Origin: Eledone cirrhosa
Lineage: Eukaryota
Assembly (NCBI GenBank): GCA_964016885.1
Contig: OZ024742.1
Location: 162,750,001-162,814,000, forward strand
Reading direction: 5' to 3'
Length of the DNA stretch: 64,000 nt
The position numbers and the translations under genes are program-made. Positions 37,430 through 50,900 of the stretch are shown one piece after another (positions within the stretch are counted from its first letter, which is position 1; each line of letters starts with the position of its first letter). Below the pieces are notes generated by a model. It saw only the letters and a program-made list of their open reading frames with translations. It was not told the DNA's origin and ran no database searches.

Positions 37430-40400
37430 CTGGAAATTATCTCCCCTTGATTTTTTTACAAATTATCTCCCCCTGATTTTTTTTACAAATTATCTCCCCC
37501 TGATTTTTTGTTACAAATTATCTCCCCCTGATTTTTTTACAAATTATCTCCCCCTGATTTTTTTTACAAATTATCTCCGCCTGATTTTTTTAAATATTAT
37601 CTTCCCTTGGCTGGCGGGAAATTATCTCCCCTTGGACGGCTGAAAATTATCTCCCCTTGGACGGCTGGAAATTATCTCCCCTTGATTTTTTTTACAAATT
37701 ATCTCCCCCTGATTTTTTTTTACAAATTATCTCCCCCTGATTTTTTTTTACAAATTATCTCCCCCTGATTTTTTTTTACAAATTGTCTCCCCCTGATTTT
37801 TTTTTACAAATTATCTCCCCCTGATTTTTTTACAAATTATCTCCCCTTGGCTGGCTGGAAATTATCTCCCCTTGGAGGCTGGAATTTATCTCCCCTTGGA
37901 CGGCTAGAAATTACCTCTCCTTGGACGGCTGGAAAATATGTCTCCTTGGACGGCTGGATATTATCTACCCTTGGACGGCTGGAAATTATCTCCCCTCTGA
38001 CGGCTGGAAATTATCTCCCCTTGGACGGCTAGATATTACCTCCCCTTGGACGGCTGGAAATTATCTCCCCTTGATTTTTTTTACAAATTATCTCCCCCTG
38101 ATTTTTTTTTACGAATTATCTCCCCCTGATTTTTTTTTACAAATTATCTCCGCCTGATTTTTTTTTTTAAATTATCTCCCCTTGAACGGCTGGAAATTAT
38201 CTCCCCTTGGACGGCTGGAAATTATCTCCCCTTGGACGGCTAGAAATTACCTCTCCTTGGACGGCTGAAAATTATCTCCCCTTGGACGGCTGCAAATTAT
38301 CTCCCCTTGATTTTTTTAACAAATTATCTCCCTCTGATTTTTTTTTACAAATTATCTCCCCCTGATTTTTTTTTACAAATTATCTACGCCTAATTTTTTT
38401 TACAAATTATCTCCCCCTGATTTTTTTTTACAAATTATCTCCCCCTGATTTTTTTTACAAATTATCTCCCCCTGATTTTTTTTTACAAATTATCTCCCCC
38501 TGATTTTTTTACAAATTATCTCCCCCTGATTTTTTTTACAATCTCCGCCTGATTTTTTTAAAAATTATCTTCCCTTGGCTGGCGGGAAATTATCTCCCCT
38601 TGGACGGCTGGAAATTATATCCCCTTGGAAGGATGGAAATTATCTCCCCTTGGACGGCTGGAAATTATCTCCCCTTGGACGGCTGGAAATTACCTCCCCT
38701 TGGACAGCTGGAAATTATCTGCCCTTAATTTTGTTTTTACAAATTATCTCCCCCTGATTTTTTTTACAAATTATCTCCACCTGATTTTTTAAAAAATTAT
38801 CTCCCCTTGGACGGCTGGAAATTATCTCCCCTTGATTTTTTTACAAATTATCTCCCCCTGATTTTTTTTACAAATTATCTCCCCCTGATTTTTTTTTTAC
38901 AAATTATCTCCCCCTGATTTTTTTACAAATTATCTCCCCCTGATTTTTTTTACAAATTATCTCCGCCTGATTTTTTTAAATATTATCTTCCCTTGGCTGG
39001 CGGGAAATTATCTCCCCTTGGACGGCTGAAAATTATCTCCCCTTGGACGGCTGGAAATTATCTCCCCTTGATTTTTTTTACAAATTATCTCCCCCTGATT
39101 TTTTTTTACAAATTATCTCCCCCTGATTTTTTTTTACAAATTATCTCCCCCTGATTTTTTTTTACAAATTATCTGCCCCTGATTTTTTTTACAAATTATC
39201 TCCCCCTGATTTTTTTACAAATTATCTCCCCTTGGCTGGCTGGAAATTATCTCCCCTTGGAGGCTGGAATTTATCTCCCCTTGGACGGCTAGAAATTACC
39301 TCTCCTTGGACGGCTGGAAAATATTTCTCCTTGGACGGCTGGATATTATCTACCCTTGGACGGGTGGAAATTATCTCCCCTTGGACGGCTGGAAATTATC
39401 TCCCCTTGGACGGCTAGATATTACCTCCCCTTGGACGGCTGGAAATTATCTCCCCATGATTTTTTTTACAAATTATCTCCCCCTGATTTTTTTTTTACAA
39501 ATTATCTCCCCCTGATTTTTTTACAAATTATCTCCCCCTGATTTTTTTTACAAATTATCTCCGCCTGATTTTTTTAAATATTATCTTCCCTTGGCTGGCG
39601 GGAAATTATCTCCCCTTGGACGGCTGAAAATTATCTCCCCTTGGGCGGCTGGAAATTATCTCCCCTTGATTTTTTTTACAAATTATCTCCCCCTGATTAT
39701 TTTTTACAAATTATCTTTCCCTGATTTTTTTTTACAAATTATCTCCCCCTGATTTTTTTTACAAATTATCTCCCCCTGATATTTTTACAAATTATCTCCC
39801 CTTGGCTGGCTGGAAATTATCTCCCCTTGGAGGCTGGAATTTATCTCCCCTTGGACGGCTAGTAATTACCTCTCCTTGGACGGCTGGAAAATATGTCTCG
39901 TTGGAGGGCTGGAAATTATCTCCCCTTGGATGGCTGGAAATTATCTCCCCTTGGACGGCTGGAAATTATCTCTCCTTGGACGGCTAGAAATTACCTCTCC
40001 TTGGAAGGCTGAAAATTATCTCTCCTTGGACGGCTGGAAATTATCTCCCCTTGGACGGCTAGATATTACCTCCCCTTGGACGGCTGGAAATTATCTCCCC
40101 TTGATTTTTTTTACAAATTATCTCCCCCTGATTTTTTTTACAAATTATCTCCGCCTAATTTTTTTAAATATTATCTTCCCTTGGCTGGCGGGAAATTATC
40201 TCCCCTTGGACGGCTGAAAATTATCTCCCCTTGGACGGCTGGAAATTATCTCCCCTTGATTTTTTTTACAAATTATCTCCCCCTGATTTTTTTTTACAAA
40301 TTATCTCCCCCTGATTTTTTTTTACAAATTATCTCCCCCTGATTTTTTTTTACAAATTATCTCGCCCTGATTTTTTTTTACAAATTATCTCCCCTTGGCT

Positions 40401-40990
40401 GGCTGGAAATTATCTCCCCTTCGAGGCTGGAATTTATCTCCCCTTGGACGGCTAGAAATTACCTCTCCTTGGACGGCTGGAAAATATGTCCTTGGACGGC
40501 TGGATATTATCTACCCTTGGACGGCTGGAAATTATCTCCCCTTGGACGGCTGGAAATTATCTCCCCTTGGACGGCTAGATATTACCTCCCCTTGGACGGC
40601 TGGAAATTATCTCCCCTTGATTTTTTTTACAAATTATCTCCCCCTGATTTTTTTTACAAATCTAATGATTTTTTAAAAAAAATTATCTCCCCTTCGCTGG
40701 CTGGAAATTATCTCCCCTTGGACGCTGGAAATTATAGCCCCTTGGAGGGCTGGAAATTATCTTCCCTTGGACGGCTGGAAATTATCTCCCCTTGGCTCGA
40801 AATTATCTCCCCTTGGACGGCTAGAAATTATCTCTCTTTGGACGGCTGGAAATTATCTCCCTTTGATTTTTTTTACAAATTATCTCCCCCTGATTTTTTT
40901 TACAAATCTCCCCCTGATTTTTTAAAAAAAATTATCTCCCCTTCGCTGGCTGGAAATTATCTCCCCTTGGACACTGGAAATTATAGCCCC
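37430..40990 (+). repeat. Block paralogous to ~56680-60240 (offset ~19248 bp)
   Basis: ORF pairs 38575/57823, 39232/58480, 39802/59050 and 40395/59643. Shared private markers TTGGGCGGCT, TTGGATGGCT, CTCGCCCTGA and TTCGAGGCTGG. Confidence 0.88.
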
Positions 40991-43109
40991 TTGGAGGGCT
41001 GGAAATTATCTTCCCTTGGACGGCTGGAAATTATCTCTGCTTGATTTTTTTTACAAATTATCTCCCCCTGATTTTTTTTTACAAATTATTCCCCCCGATT
41101 TTTTTTACAAATTATCTCCCCCTGATTTTTTTACAAATTATCTCCCCTTGGACGGCTGGAAATTATCTCCCCTTGGACGGCTGGAAATTATCTCCCCTTG
41201 GACGGCTAGAAATTACCTCTCCTTGGACGACTGAAAATTATCTCCCCTTGGACGGCTGCAAATTATCTCCCCTTGATTTTTTTTACAAATTATCTCCGCC
41301 TGATTTTTTTAAAAAAATTATCTCCCCTTGGACGGCTGGAAATTACCTCCCCTTGGACGGCTGGAAATTATCTCCCCTTGGACGGCTAGAAATTACCTCT
41401 CATTGGACGGCTGAAAATTATCTCCCCTTGGACGGCTGGAAATTATCTCCCCTTGATTTTTTTTACAAATTATCTCCCCCTGATTTTTTTTTACAAATTA
41501 TCTCCCCCTGATTTTTTTTTTACAAATTATCTCCGCCTGATTTTTTTTTAAAATTATCTCTCCTTGGACGGCTAGATATTATCTCCCCTTTCATTTTTTT
41601 ACAAATTATCTCCCCCTGATTTTTTTTTACAAATTATCTCCCCCTGATTTTTTTTTACAAATTATCTACCCCTAATTTTTTTTTACAAATTATCTCCCCC
41701 TGATTTTTTTTTACAAATTATCTCCCCCTGATTTTTTTTTTACAAATTATCTCCCCCTGATTTTTTTACAAATTATCTCCGCCTGATTTTTTTAAATATT
41801 ATCTTCTCTTGGCTGGCGGGAAATTAACTCCCCTTGGACGGCTGAAAATTATCTCCCCTTGGACGGCTGGAAATTATCTCCCCTTGATTTTTTTTACAAA
41901 TTATCTCCCCCTGATTTTTTTTTACAAATTATCTCCCCCTGATTTTTTTTTACAGATTATCTCCCCCTGATTTTTTTTTACAAATTATCTCCCCCTGAAT
42001 TTTTTTACAAATTATCTCCCCCTGATTTTTTTACAAATTATCTCCCCTTGGCTGGCTGGAAATTATCTCCCCTTGGAGGCTGGAATTTATCTCCCCTTGG
42101 ACGGCTAGAAATTACCTCTCCTTGGACGGCTGGAAAATATGTCCTTGGACGGCTGGATATTATCTACCCTTGGACGGCTGGAAATTATCTCCCCTTGGAC
42201 GGCTGGAAATTATCTCCCCTTGGACGGCTAGATATTACCTCCCCTTGGACGGCTGGAAATTATCTCCCCTTGATTTTTTTTACAAATTATCTCCCCCTGA
42301 TTTTTTTTTACAAATTATCTACCCCTGATTTTTTTTTACAAATTATCTCCCCCTGATTTTTTTTTACAAATTATCTCTCCCTGATTTTTTTTTACAAATT
42401 ATCGCCCCCTGATTTTTTTTTACCAATTATCTACCCCTGATTTTTTTTTACAAATTATCTCCCCCTGATTTTTTTTACAAATTATCTCCCCCTGATTTTT
42501 TTTACAAATTATCTCCCCCTGATTTTTTTACAAATTATCTCCCCCCGATTTTTTTTACAAATTATATCCGCCTAATTTTTTTAAATATTATCTTCCCTTG
42601 GCTGGCGGGAAATTATCTCCCCTTGGACGGCTGAAAATTATCTCCCCTTGGACGGCTGGAAATTATCTCCCCTTGATTTTTTTACAAATTATCTCCCCCT
42701 GACTATTTTTTACAAATTATCTCCCCCTGATTTTTTTTTACAAATTATCTCCCTCTGATTTTTTTTACAAATTATCTCCCCTTGGCTGGCTGGAAATTAT
42801 CTCCCCTTGGAGGCTGGAATTTATCTCCCCTTGGACGGTTAGAAATTACCTCTCCTTGGACTGCTGGAAAATATGTCTCCTTGGACGGCTGGAAATTATC
42901 TCCCCTTGGACGGCTGGAAATTATCTCCCCTTGGACGGCTGGAAATTATCTCTCCTCGGACGACTAGAAATTACCTCTCCTTGGACAGCTGAAAATTATC
43001 TCCCCTTGGACGGCTGGAAATTATCTCCCCTTGATTTTTTTTACAAATTATCTCCCCCTGATTTTTTTTTACAAATTATCTCCCCCTGATTTTTTTTTAC
43101 AAATTATCT

Positions 43110-46100
43110 CCCCCTGATTTTTTTTACAAATTATCTCCCCCTGATATTTTTTACAAATTATCTCCCCCTGATTTTTTTACAAATTATCTCCCCTTGGCTG
43201 GCTGGAAATTATCTCCCCTTGGAGGCTGGAATTTATCTCCCCTTGGACGGCTAGAAATTACCTCGCCTTGGACGGCTGGAAAATATGTCTCCTTGGACGG
43301 CTGGAAATTATCTCCCCTTGGACGGCTGGAAATTATCTCCCCTTGGACGGCTGGAAATTATCTCCCCTTGGACGGCTAGATATTACCTCCCCTTGGACGG
43401 CTGGAAATTATCTCCCCTTGATTTTTTTTACAATTTATCTCCCCCTGATTTTTTTTTACAAATTATCTCCGCCTGATTTTTTTTTAAAAATTATCTCCCC
43501 TTGAACGGCTGGAAATTATCTCCCCTTGGACGTCTGGAAATTATCTCCCCTTGGACGGCTAGAAATTACCTCTCCTTGGACGGCTGAAAATTATCTCCCC
43601 TTGGACGGCTGCAAATTATCTCCCCTTGATTTTTTAACAAATTATCTCCCCCTGATTTTTTTTTACAAATTATCTCCCCCTGATTTTTTTTTACAAATTA
43701 TCTACGCCTAATTTTTTTTACAAATTATCTCCCCCTGATTTTTTTTTACAAATTATCTCCCCCTGATTTTTTTTACAAATTATCTCCCCCTGATTTTTTT
43801 TTACAAATTATTTCCCCCTGATTTTTTTACAAATTATCTCCCCCCTGATTTTTTTTACAATCTCCGCCTGATATTTTTAAAAATTATCTTCCCTTGGCTG
43901 GCGGGAAATTATCTCCCCTTGGACGGCTGGAAATTATATCCCCTTGGAAGGAGGGAAATTATCTCCCCTTGGACGGCTGGAAATTATCTCCCCTTGGACG
44001 GCTGGAAATTATCTCCCCTTGGACAGCTGGAAATTATCTGCCCTTGATTTTGTTTTTACAAATTATCTCCCCCTGATTTTTTTTACAAATTATCTCCAAC
44101 TGATTTTTTAAAAAATTATCTCCCCTTGGACGGCTGGAAATTATCTCCCCTTGATTTTTTTACAAATTATCTCCCCCTGATTTTTTTTACAAATTATCTC
44201 CCCCTGATTTTTTTTTACAAATTATCTCCCCCTGATTTTTTTACAAATTATCTCCCCCTGATTTTTTTTACAAATTATCTCCGCCTGATTTTTTTAAATA
44301 TTATCTTCCCTTGGCTGGCGGGAAATTATCTCCCCTTGGACGGCTGAAAATTATCTCCCCTTGGACGGCTGGAAATTATCTCCCCTTGATTTTTTTTACA
44401 AATTATCTCCCCCTGATTTTTTTTTACAAATTATCTCCCCCTGATTTTTTTTTACAAATTATCTCCCCCTGATTTTTTTTTACAAATTATCTGCCCCTGA
44501 TTTTTTTTACAAATTATCTCCCCCTGATTTTTTTACAAATTATCTCCCCTTGGCTGGCTGGAAATTATCTCCACTTGGAGGCTGGAATTTATCTCCCCTT
44601 GGACGGCTAGAAATTACCTCTCCTTGGACGGCTGGAAATTATTTCTCCTTGGACGCCTGGATATTATCTACACTTGGACGGGTGGAAATTATCTCCCCTT
44701 GGACGGCTGGAAATTATCTCCCCTTGGACGGCTAGATATTACCTCCCCTTGGACGGCTGGAAATTATCTCCCCATGATTTTTTTTACAAATTATCTCCCC
44801 CTGATTTTTTTTTTACAAATTATCTCCCCCTGATTTTTTTACAAATTATCTCCCCCTGATTTTTTTTACAAATTATCTCCGCCTGATTTTTTTAAATATT
44901 ATCTTCCCTTGGCTGGCGGGAAATTATCTCCCCTTGGACGGCTGAAAATTATCTCCCCTTGGACGGCTGGAAATTATCTCCCCTTGATTTTTTTTACAAA
45001 TTATCTCCCCCTGATTATTTTTTACAAATTATCTTTCCCTGATTTTTTTTTACAAATTATCTCCCCCTGATTTTTTTTACAAATTATCTCCCCCTGATAT
45101 TTTTACAAATTATCTCCCCTTGGCTGGCTGGAAATTATCTCCCCTTGGAGGCTGGAATTTATCTCCCCTTGGACGGCTGGAAATTATCTCTCCTTGGACG
45201 GCTAGTAATTACCTCTCCTTGGACGGCTGGAAAATATGTCTCGTTGGAGGGCTGGAAATTATCTCCCCTTGGACGGCTGGAAATTATCTCCCCTTGGACG
45301 GCTGGAAATTATCTCTCCTTGGACGGCTAGAAATTACCTCTCCTTGGACGGCTGAAAATTATCTCTCCTTGGACGGCTGGAAATTATCTCCCCTTGGACG
45401 GCTAGATATTACCTCCCCTTGGACGGCTGGAAATTATCTCCCCTTGATTTTTTTTACAAATTATCTCCCCCTGATTTTTTTTACAAATTATCTCCGCCTA
45501 ATTTTTTTAAATATTATCTTCCCTTGGCTGGCGGGAAATTATCTCCCCTTGGACGGCTGAAAATTATCTCCCCTTGGACGGCTGGAAATTATCTCCCCTT
45601 GATTTTTTTTACAAATTATCTCCCCCTGATTTTTTTTTACAAATTATCTCCCCCTGATTTTTTTTTACAAATTATCTCCCCCTGATTTTTTTTACAAATT
45701 ATCTCCCCCTGATATTTTTTACAAATTATCTCCCCCTGATTTTTTTAGAAATTATCTCCCCTTGGCTGGCTGGAAATTATCTCCCCTTGGAGGCTGGAAT
45801 TTATCTCCACTTGGACGGCTAGAAATTACCTCGCCTTGGACGGCTGGAAAATATGTCTCCTTGGACGGCTGGAAATTATCTCCCCTTGGACGGCTGGAAA
45901 TTATCTCCCCTTGGACGGCTGGAAATTATCTCCCCTTGGACGGCTAGATATTACCTCCCCTTGGACGGCTGGAAATTATCTCCCCTTGATTTTTTTTACA
46001 ATTTATCTCCCCCTGATTTTTTTTTACAAATTATCTCCGCCTGATTTTTTTTTAAAAATTATCTCCCCTTGAACGGCTGGAAATTATCTCCCCTTGGACG

Positions 46101-47950
46101 GCTGGAAATTATCTCCCCTTGGACGGCTAGAAATTACCTCTCCTTGGACGGCTGAAAATTATCTCCCCTTGGACGGCTGCAAATTATCTCCCCTTGATTT
46201 TTTAACAAATTATCTCCCCCTGATTTTTTTTTACAAATTATCTCCCCCTGATTTTTTTTTACAAATTATCTACGCCTAATTTTTTTTACAAATTATCTCC
46301 CCCTGATTTTTTTTTACAAATTATCTCCCCCTGATTTTTTTTACAAATTATCTCCCCCTGATTTTTTTTTACAAATTATTTCCCCCTGATTTTTTTACAA
46401 ATTATCTCCCCCCTGATTTTTTTTACAATCTCCGCCTGATTTTTTTAAAAATTATCTTCCCTTGGCTGGCGGGAAATTATCTCCCCTTGGACGGCTGGAA
46501 ATTATATCCCCTTGGAAGGATGGAAATTATCTCCCCTTGGACGGCTGGAAATTATCTCCCCTTGGACGGCTGGAAATTATCTCCCCTTGGACAGCTGGAA
46601 ATTATCTGCCCTTGATTTTGTTTTTACAAATTATCTCCCCCTGATTTTTTTTACAAATTATCTCCACCTGATTTTTAAAAAAATTATCTCCCCTTGGACG
46701 GCTGGAAATTATCTCCCCTTGATTTTTTTACAAATTATCTCCCCCTGATTTTTTTTACAAATTATCTCCCCCTGATTTTTTTTTACAAATTATCTCCCCC
46801 TGATTTTTTTACAAATTATCTCCCCCTGATTTTTTTTACAAATTATCTCCGCCTGATTTTTTTAAATATTATCTTCCCTTGGCTGGCGGGAAATTATCTC
46901 CCCTTGGACGGCTGAAAATTATCTCCCCTTGGACGGCTGGAAATTATCTCCCCTTGATTTTTTTTACAAATTATCTCCCCCTGATTTTTTTTTACAAATT
47001 ATCTCCCCCTGATTTTTTTTTACAAATTATCTCCCCCTGATTTTTTTTTACAAATTATCTGCGCCTGATTTTTTTTACAAATTATCTCCCCCTGATTTTT
47101 TTACAAATTATCTCCCCTTGGCTGGCTGGAAATTATCTCCCCTTGGAGGCTGGAATTTATCTCCCCTTGGACGGCTAGAAATTACCTCTCCTTGGACGGC
47201 TGGAAAATATTTCTCCTTGGACGGCTGGATATTATCTACACTTGGACGGGTGGAAATTATCTCCCCTTGGACGGCTGGAAATTATCTCCCCTTGGACGGC
47301 TAGATATTACCTCCCCTTGGACGGCTGGAAATTATCTCCCCATGATTTTTTTTACAAATTATCTCCCCCTGATTTTTTTTTTACAAATTATCTCCCCCTG
47401 ATTTTTTTACAAATTATCTCCCCCTGATTTTTTTTACAAATTATCTCCGCCTGATTTTTTTAAATATTATCTTCCCTTGGCTGGCGGGAAATTATCTCCC
47501 CTTGGACGGCTGAAAATTATCTCCCCTTGGACGGCTGGAAATTATCTCCCCTTGATTTTTTTTACAAATTATCTCCCCCTGATTATTTTTTACAAATTAT
47601 CTTTCCCTGATTTTTTTTTACAAATTATCTCCCCCTGATTTTTTTAAAAAATTATCTCCCCCTGATTTTTTTACAAATTATCTCCCCTTGGCTGGCTGGA
47701 AATTATCTCCCCTTGGAGGCTGGAATTTATCTCCCCTTGGACGGCTGGAAATTATCTCTCCTTGGACGGCTAGAAATTACCTCTCCTTGGACGGCTGGAA
47801 AATATGTCTCGTTGGACGGCTGGAAATTATCTCCCCTTGGACGGCTGGAAATTATCTCCCCTTGGACGGCTGGAAATTATCTCTCCTTGGACGGCTAGAA
47901 ATTACCTCTCCTTGGACGGCTGAAAATTATCTCTCCTTGGACGGCTGGAA
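43110..47950 (+). repeat. 2568-bp tandem duplication (~1.9 copies) with scattered substitutions
   Basis: ORF pairs 43194/45762, 43526/46094, 43894/46462, 44550/47118 and 45120/47688. Shared markers ACAATTTATC and CTACACTTGG. Confidence 0.88.
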
Positions 47951-50900
47951 ATTATCTCCCCTTGATTTTTGTTACAAATTATCTCCCCCTGATTTTTTTA
48001 TACAAATTATCTCCCCTTGGACGGCTGGAAATTATCTCCCCTTGGACGGCTGGAAATTATCTCCCCTTGGACGGCTAGATATTACCTCCCCTTGGACGGC
48101 TGGAAATTATCTCCCCTTGATTTTTTTTACAAATTATCTCCCCCTGATTTTTTTTACAAATTATCTCCACCTGATTTTTTTACAAATTATCTCCCCCTGA
48201 TTTTTTTTACAAATTATCTCCGCCTAATTTTTTTAAATATTATCTTCCCTTGGCTGGCGGGAAATTATCTCCCCTTGGACGGCTGAAAATTATCTCCCCT
48301 TGGACGGCTGGAAATTATCTCCCCTTGATTTTTTATACAAATTATCTCCCCCTGATTTTTTTTTACAAATTATCTCCCCCTGATTTTTTTTTACAAATTA
48401 TCTCCCCCTGATTTTTTTTACAAATTATCTCCCCTTGGCTGGCTGGAAATTATCTCCCCTTGGAGGCTGGAATTTATCTCCCCTTGGACGGCTAGAAATT
48501 ACCTCTCCTTGGACGGCTGGAAAATATGTCCTTGGACGGCTGGATATTATCTACCCTTGGACGGCTGGAAATTATCTCCCCTTGGACGGCTGGAAATTAT
48601 CTCCCCTTGGACGGCTAGATATTACCTCCCCTTGGACGGCTGGAAATTATCTCCCCTTGATTTTTTTTACAAATTATCTCCCCCTGATTTTTTTTACAAA
48701 TTATCTCCACCTGATTTTTTTACAAATTATCTCCCCCTGATTTTTTTTACAAATTATCTCCGCCTAATTTTTTTAAATATTATCTTCCCTTGGCTGGCGG
48801 GAAATTATCTCCCCTTGGACGGCTGAAAATTATCTCCCCTTGGACGGCTGGAAATTATCTCCCCTTGATTTTTTATACAAATTATCTCCCCCTGATTTTT
48901 TTTTACAAATTATCTCCCCCTGATTTTTTTTTACAAATTATCTCCCCCTGATTTTTTTTACAAATTATCTCCCCTTGGCTGGCTGGAAATTATCTCCCCT
49001 TGGAGGCTGGAATTTATCTCCCCTTGGACGGCTAGAAATTACCTCTCCTTGGACGGCTGGAAAATATGTCCTTGGACGGCTGGATATTATCTACCCTTGG
49101 ACGGCTGGAAATTATCTCCCCTTGGACGGCTGGAAATTATCTCCCCTTGGACGGCTAGATATTACCTCCCCTTGGACGGCTGGAAATTATCTCCCCTTGA
49201 TTTTTTTTACAAATTATCTCCCCCTGATTTTTTTTACAAATCTAATGATTTTTTAAAAAAAATTATCTCCCCTTCGCTGGCTGGAAATTATCTCCCCTTC
49301 GCTGGCTGGAAATTATCTCCCCTTGGACGCTGGAAATTATAGCCCCTTGGAGGGCTGGAAATTATCTTCCCTTGGACGGCTGGAATTATCTCCCCTTGGC
49401 TCGAAATTATCTCCCCTTGGACGGCTAGAAATTATCTCTCTTTGGACGGCTGGAAATTATCTCCCTTTGATTTTTTTTACAAATTATCTCCCCCGATTTT
49501 TTTTAAAAATCTCCCCCTGATTATTTAAAAAAAATTATCTCCCCTTCGCTGGCTGGAAATTATCTCCCCTTGGACACTGGAAATTATAGCCCCTTGGAGG
49601 GCTGGAAATTATCTCCCCTTGGACGGCTAGAAATTACCTCTCATTGGACGGCTGAAAATTATCTCCCCTTGGACGGCTGGAAATTATCTCCCCTTGATTT
49701 TTTTTACAAATTATCTCCCCCTGATTTTTTTTTACAAATTATCTCCCCCTGATTTTTTTTTTACAAATTATCTCCGCCTGATTTTTTTTTTAAATTATCT
49801 CTCCTTGGACGGCTGGATATTATCTCCCCTTTCATTTTTTTTACAAATTATCTCCCCCTGATTTTTTTTTACAAATTATCTACCCCTAATTTTTTTTTAC
49901 AAATTATCTCCCCCTGATTTTTTTTACAAATTATCTCCCCCTGATTTTTTTTTTAGAAATTATCTCCCCCTGATTTTTTTACAAATTATCTCTCCCTGAT
50001 TTTTTTTACAAATTATCTCCGCCTGATTTTTTTAAATATTATCTTCTCTTGGCTGGCGGGAATTTATCTCCCCTTGGACGGCTGAAAATTATCTCCCCTT
50101 GGACGGCTGGAAATTATCTCCCCTTGATTTTTTTTACAAATTATCTCCCCCTGATTTTTTTTTACAAATTATCTCCCCCTGATTTTTTTTTACAAATTAT
50201 CTCCCCCTGATTTTTTTTTACAAATTATCTCCCCCTGATTTTTTTTACAAATTATCTCCCCCTGATTTTTTTACAAATTATCTCCCCTTGGCTGACTGGA
50301 AATTATCTCCCCTTGGAGGCTGGAATTTATCTCCCCTTGGACGGCTAGAAATTACCTCTCCTTGGACGGCTGGAAAATATGTCCTTGGACGGCTGGATAT
50401 TATCTACCCTTGGACGGCTGGAAATTATCTCCCCTTGGACGGCTGGAAATTATCTCCCCTTGGACGGCTAGATATTACCTCCCCTTGGACGGCTGGAAAT
50501 TATCTCCCCTTGATTTTTTTTACAAATTATCTCCCCCTGATTTTTTTTTACAAATTATCTCCCCCTGATTTTTTTTTACAAATTATCTACCCCTGATTTT
50601 TTTTTACAAATTATCTCCCCCTCATTTTTTTTACAAATTATCTCTCCCTGATTTTTTTTTACAAATTATCTCCCCCTGATTTTTTTTTACAAATTATCTA
50701 CCCCTGATTTTTTTTTACAAATTATCTCCACCTGATTTTTTTTACAAATTATCTCCCCCTGATTTTTTTTACAAATTATCTCCCCCTGATTTTTTTACAA
50801 ATTATCTCCTCCCGATTTTTTTTACAAATTATCTCCGCCTAATTTTTTTAAATATTATCTTCCCTTGGCTGGCGGGAAATTATCTCCCCTTGGACGGCTG

